Virus record (IMG/VR): IMGVR_UViG_3300030376_002948
Location: 1-39,088 of that record
Origin: a virus
Lineage: Duplodnaviria; Caudoviricetes
DNA: 39,088 nt
Direction: 5' to 3' (one strand)
Every line of letters begins with the position of its first letter. Within the stretch, counting starts at the first letter, position 1. Position numbers and translations under genes: made by a program. Below are positions 35,271 through 39,088 of the stretch, piece by piece. The notes beneath the pieces are model-generated. The model did no database searches and was not told the DNA's origin. It was given only the letters and a program-made list of their open reading frames with translations.

Positions 35271-36362
35271 ATGGGAATTGACCCGGTAACAGCCGCCATT
35301 GGTTCGACAATCGTCAGCGCAGGGCTTGGCTATAAAGGCGCAAAAGATGCAAAGAAAGCGCAGAAGGCGCAACTTAAAGCCCAAATGGAGGGCTTTAATC
35401 TCGCCAAGCCTTTTATTGAGGACACATATTCTGGCGGTCAAGATGCACTCAACACCGCCCTAGACACAGGTGTCTACCAAGGTCAACGCTACGCAGGTCT
35501 AGACCCATACAGCTTGAATGCGCTCAACTACATCTACGGCTTTGGTTCAGATAACATGGGTTTGCCAAATCAGATGATGGGCGACACGTCCGGCTTCACA
35601 CAAAACTATAATGACCTCTATAATCAAGCGGTTTCCGGTCAAACATTTAACGACGCAGTGGCTTACGCTAACAACCCAGACATATACCAACCACTCGTTG
35701 ACAGCGCATTAAGAGACAGCCGACGAATACTTACAGAAAACACTTTGCCGGGTATTAATGTTAGCGCATCGAGTTCTGGTAACACCAATTCGTCTCGTGC
35801 AGGTGTCGCAGAAGCGTTAGCTCAGAGAGCTTTTGATGACAGGTCAGCTGACACCACAGCTCGTATACAAGACAACTTGTTGACCAGAAGTCTTAACCAA
35901 TCAAATACCGACTTAACAAATGCTTATAATATTGCGAATTCACAGTCTACTGCATTCCAAAATGCTCTTAAAAACTCAGGCATACTTGCAGAGTACATGA
36001 ACAAAGCAGGATTGGGATATCAGCAAGATTTACAAAACTTTATTAACGCTGATATGGCAGGTTTCAATGAAGCTCGTGACTTCCCTCTCGATGCTTACAT
36101 TAAATACAACTCAGGCATTCTTGGTAACGCTCAATCACAATCACCACAAAATCCAACAGGCGTTACAGCCTCAACATTAGCAGGTGCTATAGGGGGCGCA
36201 CAAATGGGTTACGGTTTTGGTCAACAATTGCCGGAAATGTTCCCCGGAATGTTTGGCGGCGGCGGTGGCGGTAGTGTCAGCCCGAATTATTACCAAATCC
36301 CATCTAGCTATGGCAGTAATTTTGGTAGCGTTACCTATGAACCTATCAGTCTAGGAGGTTAG
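35271..36362 (+). CDS. Internal virion / ejection protein
   Basis: MGIDPVTAAIG hydrophobic N-terminus, Gln/Asn/Ala-rich, SSRAGVAE, Gly-rich C-terminus. Confidence 0.72.
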   Translation: MGIDPVTAAIGSTIVSAGLGYKGAKDAKKAQKAQLKAQMEGFNLAKPFIEDTYSGGQDALNTALDTGVYQGQRYAGLDPYSLNALNYIYGFGSDNMGLPNQMMGDTSGFTQNYNDLYNQAVSGQTFNDAVAYANNPDIYQPLVDSALRDSRRILTENTLPGINVSASSSGNTNSSRAGVAEALAQRAFDDRSADTTARIQDNLLTRSLNQSNTDLTNAYNIANSQSTAFQNALKNSGILAEYMNKAGLGYQQDLQNFINADMAGFNEARDFPLDAYIKYNSGILGNAQSQSPQNPTGVTASTLAGAIGGAQMGYGFGQQLPEMFPGMFGGGGGGSVSPNYYQIPSSYGSNFGSVTYEPISLGG

Positions 36363-36366
36363 TAGA

Positions 36367-37380
36367 ATGGCAGTTAATAATCCAATATTACAAGCTATGA
36401 TGCTTGAACAGTTAGGCATCGACACAGGTGCGCTCAATAATCCGGGCATGGGCTTAGGTGCTTTATCCATGACTGGTAACCGTCGTGGTTCACCAGCTTT
36501 TAGTCGTACCCCAACACGCAACGAAATGCTCATTCGAGCTGGTGGTGCTATGGTTGGAGCTTCACCTAAAGGTTTGCCAGCGGCTTTAGAGGCAGGTGCT
36601 AAGACTTATGGTTCTATTTTAGATGACACTCGTGACCGTCAGGCTACAGGCAACATGTTAGGTCTTCAAACTCTTGGCTTAAAGAAAAGGCAGAAGGGTG
36701 AAAACTACATCGATGGTACAGGTGCTATGTACAGAGAAATCTTTGACCCATTAGGTCAGAGTACATTCCAAAACATGACCACAGGTGAAACGGTAGCACA
36801 ACTACCACCCGGCTCAACTCGTGTATCTGATGCTGAAATTGATTATGCAAAGAAAGAAGACATCAAAGAATTTAATAAGTTTAGTGATGACATTGCCAAA
36901 GTTCCAGAAAAGTTAGCAATGCTTCAACGATACTTAGACGTTGGCTATGATGCGGCAGGTGTTAGTGTCTATAAACAACTAAGTAGACAACTCTCAAGAA
37001 GTTTTAATATTCCACTAGAAGATGTTGATGCATTAACAGAAATTGACAACATCAGAAGCAGAATGGTTCTCGAGTTGGCTAGAGAGTTGCTTGCAGGTCA
37101 GGGTCAGATTACCGAGGGTGAACGAGCAATCGCCGCAAGTGCCGCACAAGACCCCTACGCACAGACACCAGAAACATTTAAGAAGCTTGTTAACATTGCC
37201 TACGAACGTGAGCAAAGAAAACTCAAGCTATTCCAATTCCACCGAAATCAACTGCAAGACAACCCAAACAAGATGTTCCGTGAAAGTCGAACAGACTTTA
37301 ATTTAAATTTAGCTGAGAGTATGGCTAAAACATTAGAAGAACCACTTACTATAGATTTAGATAATAAAGATAATAACTAA
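36367..37380 (+). CDS. Internal virion / ejection protein
   Basis: GGAGG SD; GQGQITEGER motif; helical. Confidence 0.68.
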   Translation: MAVNNPILQAMMLEQLGIDTGALNNPGMGLGALSMTGNRRGSPAFSRTPTRNEMLIRAGGAMVGASPKGLPAALEAGAKTYGSILDDTRDRQATGNMLGLQTLGLKKRQKGENYIDGTGAMYREIFDPLGQSTFQNMTTGETVAQLPPGSTRVSDAEIDYAKKEDIKEFNKFSDDIAKVPEKLAMLQRYLDVGYDAAGVSVYKQLSRQLSRSFNIPLEDVDALTEIDNIRSRMVLELARELLAGQGQITEGERAIAASAAQDPYAQTPETFKKLVNIAYEREQRKLKLFQFHRNQLQDNPNKMFRESRTDFNLNLAESMAKTLEEPLTIDLDNKDNN

Positions 37381-39088
37381 TGGTCGATGTTACTGTGACC
37401 TATGGTGGTCAACAATATCTAGTTAACGTACCAGATACTTTTGGAACTTTACCACAAGAACAACAAAGAACCGATATTCAAACACTTTTAGGTAAACAAT
37501 ATCCGGGCTTGAATATCACTCCACCGCAGACACAACCAGTAGACACTAGTTTCGGCGGTGCGTTTAGATATGGCTTTGATATGCCGCTTGAAAACATAGC
37601 TGGTACTATGGAAGACTTCTTTGGTGTTGATGGTTCTTCTTTACGCAACGCTATAGAGACTAACCCTAACTATAGACCAGCGTCGGCTGATTTTATTAAC
37701 CCACCAGAAGATGCATTTACTGTTGGCGGTTATGCGCCCGGATATCTACCCAGAGCCGTTGCCGAACAGGCTGGTCAATTAGGTGCGGCTATGGGCTTAC
37801 GTCTTGCAGGTGCAGGTGCTGGCGGTGCAATAGGTACAGCTGTTGCTCCCGGTGCTGGCACAACTGCTGGCGCAGTGATAGGTGGATTTAGTTTACCAAC
37901 TATTTTTGAGGCAATGCAGATTGCTAGTCCTGTCCTAAGAGAACGTCTAAAAAATCAAGGCAAGACGATTGAAGAGGCTACCACTGACGATTATGTAATC
38001 GCTCTTTCTACAGCTGGTTTTACTGGTTTAGCTAATACTTTTGGTTTGCTTGGTGTCGGTAAAATTAAAGGCATTCTTACTGAGGCTGTTACTGAGGGTG
38101 GACAGAGTGTAATACAGCAAACTGGTGAGACCATAGCTACTGATAAAGGGCTGACCATTGACCCTAAACAGGCTGTTGGTGAAGGTATTATCGGCGGCGC
38201 AACTCGAGGTGCTTTAGATACAGGAATTAGCGGCGTTAAAACAGCCGCTCCGTTAACAGTTGACGCAGTAAAGTCTGGGGCATCCAAAACAGCCGACGCA
38301 GTAAAGGCTGGGGCAAATGTTATCACAGACCCTAAAGGGGCGTATCAAGATTTAAAAACAACAGTTAAAACTATACCCAACTACAGGTCAGTGAATGAGC
38401 TTAAAAATAACCCACGTCTAGCTGAAAGTGATGCTCGTGTCGCCGACATGTTCGATGCAGAAAAGCTTAAAATTAACGAGACTAGGCAAGGTACAGATGT
38501 TGCTGAAGATGTCGTCTTTAAAAACATACAAGACAGACTAAAGAATACATTTAAAGAAGTTAGCGAGGCTTTATTTAAAGCTAACAAAATCACAGGCGGC
38601 GACAAGAAAGTCTTTAACCAGATTGTTTCTCGTGCCGCAAAACATAACCGTGCATTAACTGCGCCGATTGATGAGACAACCGAGACTGATATTAATGAAG
38701 ACATCTCAGGTGGTTTTCAGAGTGATGTAGAATTCATCAATAATTTAGACCTCGACCAATCTGATAAAGATACACTATTAGATGCTTTATTAGACCTCGA
38801 AACTGTAACCGAAGCCGGAATGAAGAACCGTTCAGTCGGCGCATTAACACTTCTCATAAGAAGGTTTGGTTCTGGTGCAGGTGCATCAGCTGGGGCAATG
38901 TTAGGTGGAGGTGTTGGTGCGGCAGTTGGCGCAACAGCTGTCCCAAAATCTTTTGAGGCTATTGCCCAGCGTATAGATAGCTTTCTAAAGCTTAACAGAC
39001 CAAAAGTTCTCAAGAGAGTAGAGCAACGTCGTAAGGCTGCGGAGCTAATAGGGCGTGATTATGGTAACACTCCAAAAGACCTAGCTAA
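37380..39088 (+). CDS. N-terminal part of the ~1691-aa internal virion protein (continues at position 1)
   Basis: TAATG coupling at 37380 (MVDVTVTYGGQQY...). The frame is open to the window end and in phase at 38736 (= position 1). Gly/Ala-rich TM-like segments. Missing from the ORF track because it has no stop. Confidence 0.85.
   Translation, partial: MVDVTVTYGGQQYLVNVPDTFGTLPQEQQRTDIQTLLGKQYPGLNITPPQTQPVDTSFGGAFRYGFDMPLENIAGTMEDFFGVDGSSLRNAIETNPNYRPASADFINPPEDAFTVGGYAPGYLPRAVAEQAGQLGAAMGLRLAGAGAGGAIGTAVAPGAGTTAGAVIGGFSLPTIFEAMQIASPVLRERLKNQGKTIEEATTDDYVIALSTAGFTGLANTFGLLGVGKIKGILTEAVTEGGQSVIQQTGETIATDKGLTIDPKQAVGEGIIGGATRGALDTGISGVKTAAPLTVDAVKSGASKTADAVKAGANVITDPKGAYQDLKTTVKTIPNYRSVNELKNNPRLAESDARVADMFDAEKLKINETRQGTDVAEDVVFKNIQDRLKNTFKEVSEALFKANKITGGDKKVFNQIVSRAAKHNRALTAPIDETTETDINEDISGGFQSDVEFINNLDLDQSDKDTLLDALLDLETVTEAGMKNRSVGALTLLIRRFGSGAGASAGAMLGGGVGAAVGATAVPKSFEAIAQRIDSFLKLNRPKVLKRVEQRRKAAELIGRDYGNTPKDLA
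38736..39086. repeat. Terminal direct repeat (copy 2)
   Basis: Identical to 1-351. Confidence 0.93.

Noticed and set aside
1-39088. Alternative genetic code or stop-codon recoding
   Set aside because: All core genes are full length in the standard code; the only interruptions are explained by the introns.

Overview
This window is a complete, circularly permuted genome of a temperate podovirus. The unit length is about 38,735 bp, because positions 1-351 repeat at 38736-39086. A marine alphaproteobacterial host is a loose inference. It carries a T7/Autographiviridae-like transcription and replication module: tyrosine integrase, single-subunit RNA polymerase, SSB, endonuclease I, primase-helicase, PolA, 5'-3' exonuclease, DUF3310 and class II RNR. 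A short minus-strand early operon ends in an XRE repressor. A long plus-strand late operon encodes tail/nozzle and ejection proteins, TerS/TerL, portal, scaffold, major capsid, adaptor, tail fibre and lysis genes. The most striking content is catalytic and structured RNA that the ORF track hides. (1) The major capsid gene is split into three exons by two ORF-less group I introns (9379-9633, 10231-10486), so both must self-splice to give the 294-aa capsid protein. (2) A type II hammerhead ribozyme with a pseudoknot lies inside the early operon (30754-30816, minus strand). (3) Two hairpins display anti-Shine-Dalgarno loops in front of genes. Also present are a tRNA-Arg(TCT)-derived attP with a broken acceptor stem, candidate repressor operators and phage-RNAP promoters. 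A ~1691-aa virion protein spans the window junction and carries HhH-GPD glycosylase-like and HExxH zincin motifs. All calls come from reading the sequence and motif recognition; no database searches were run.
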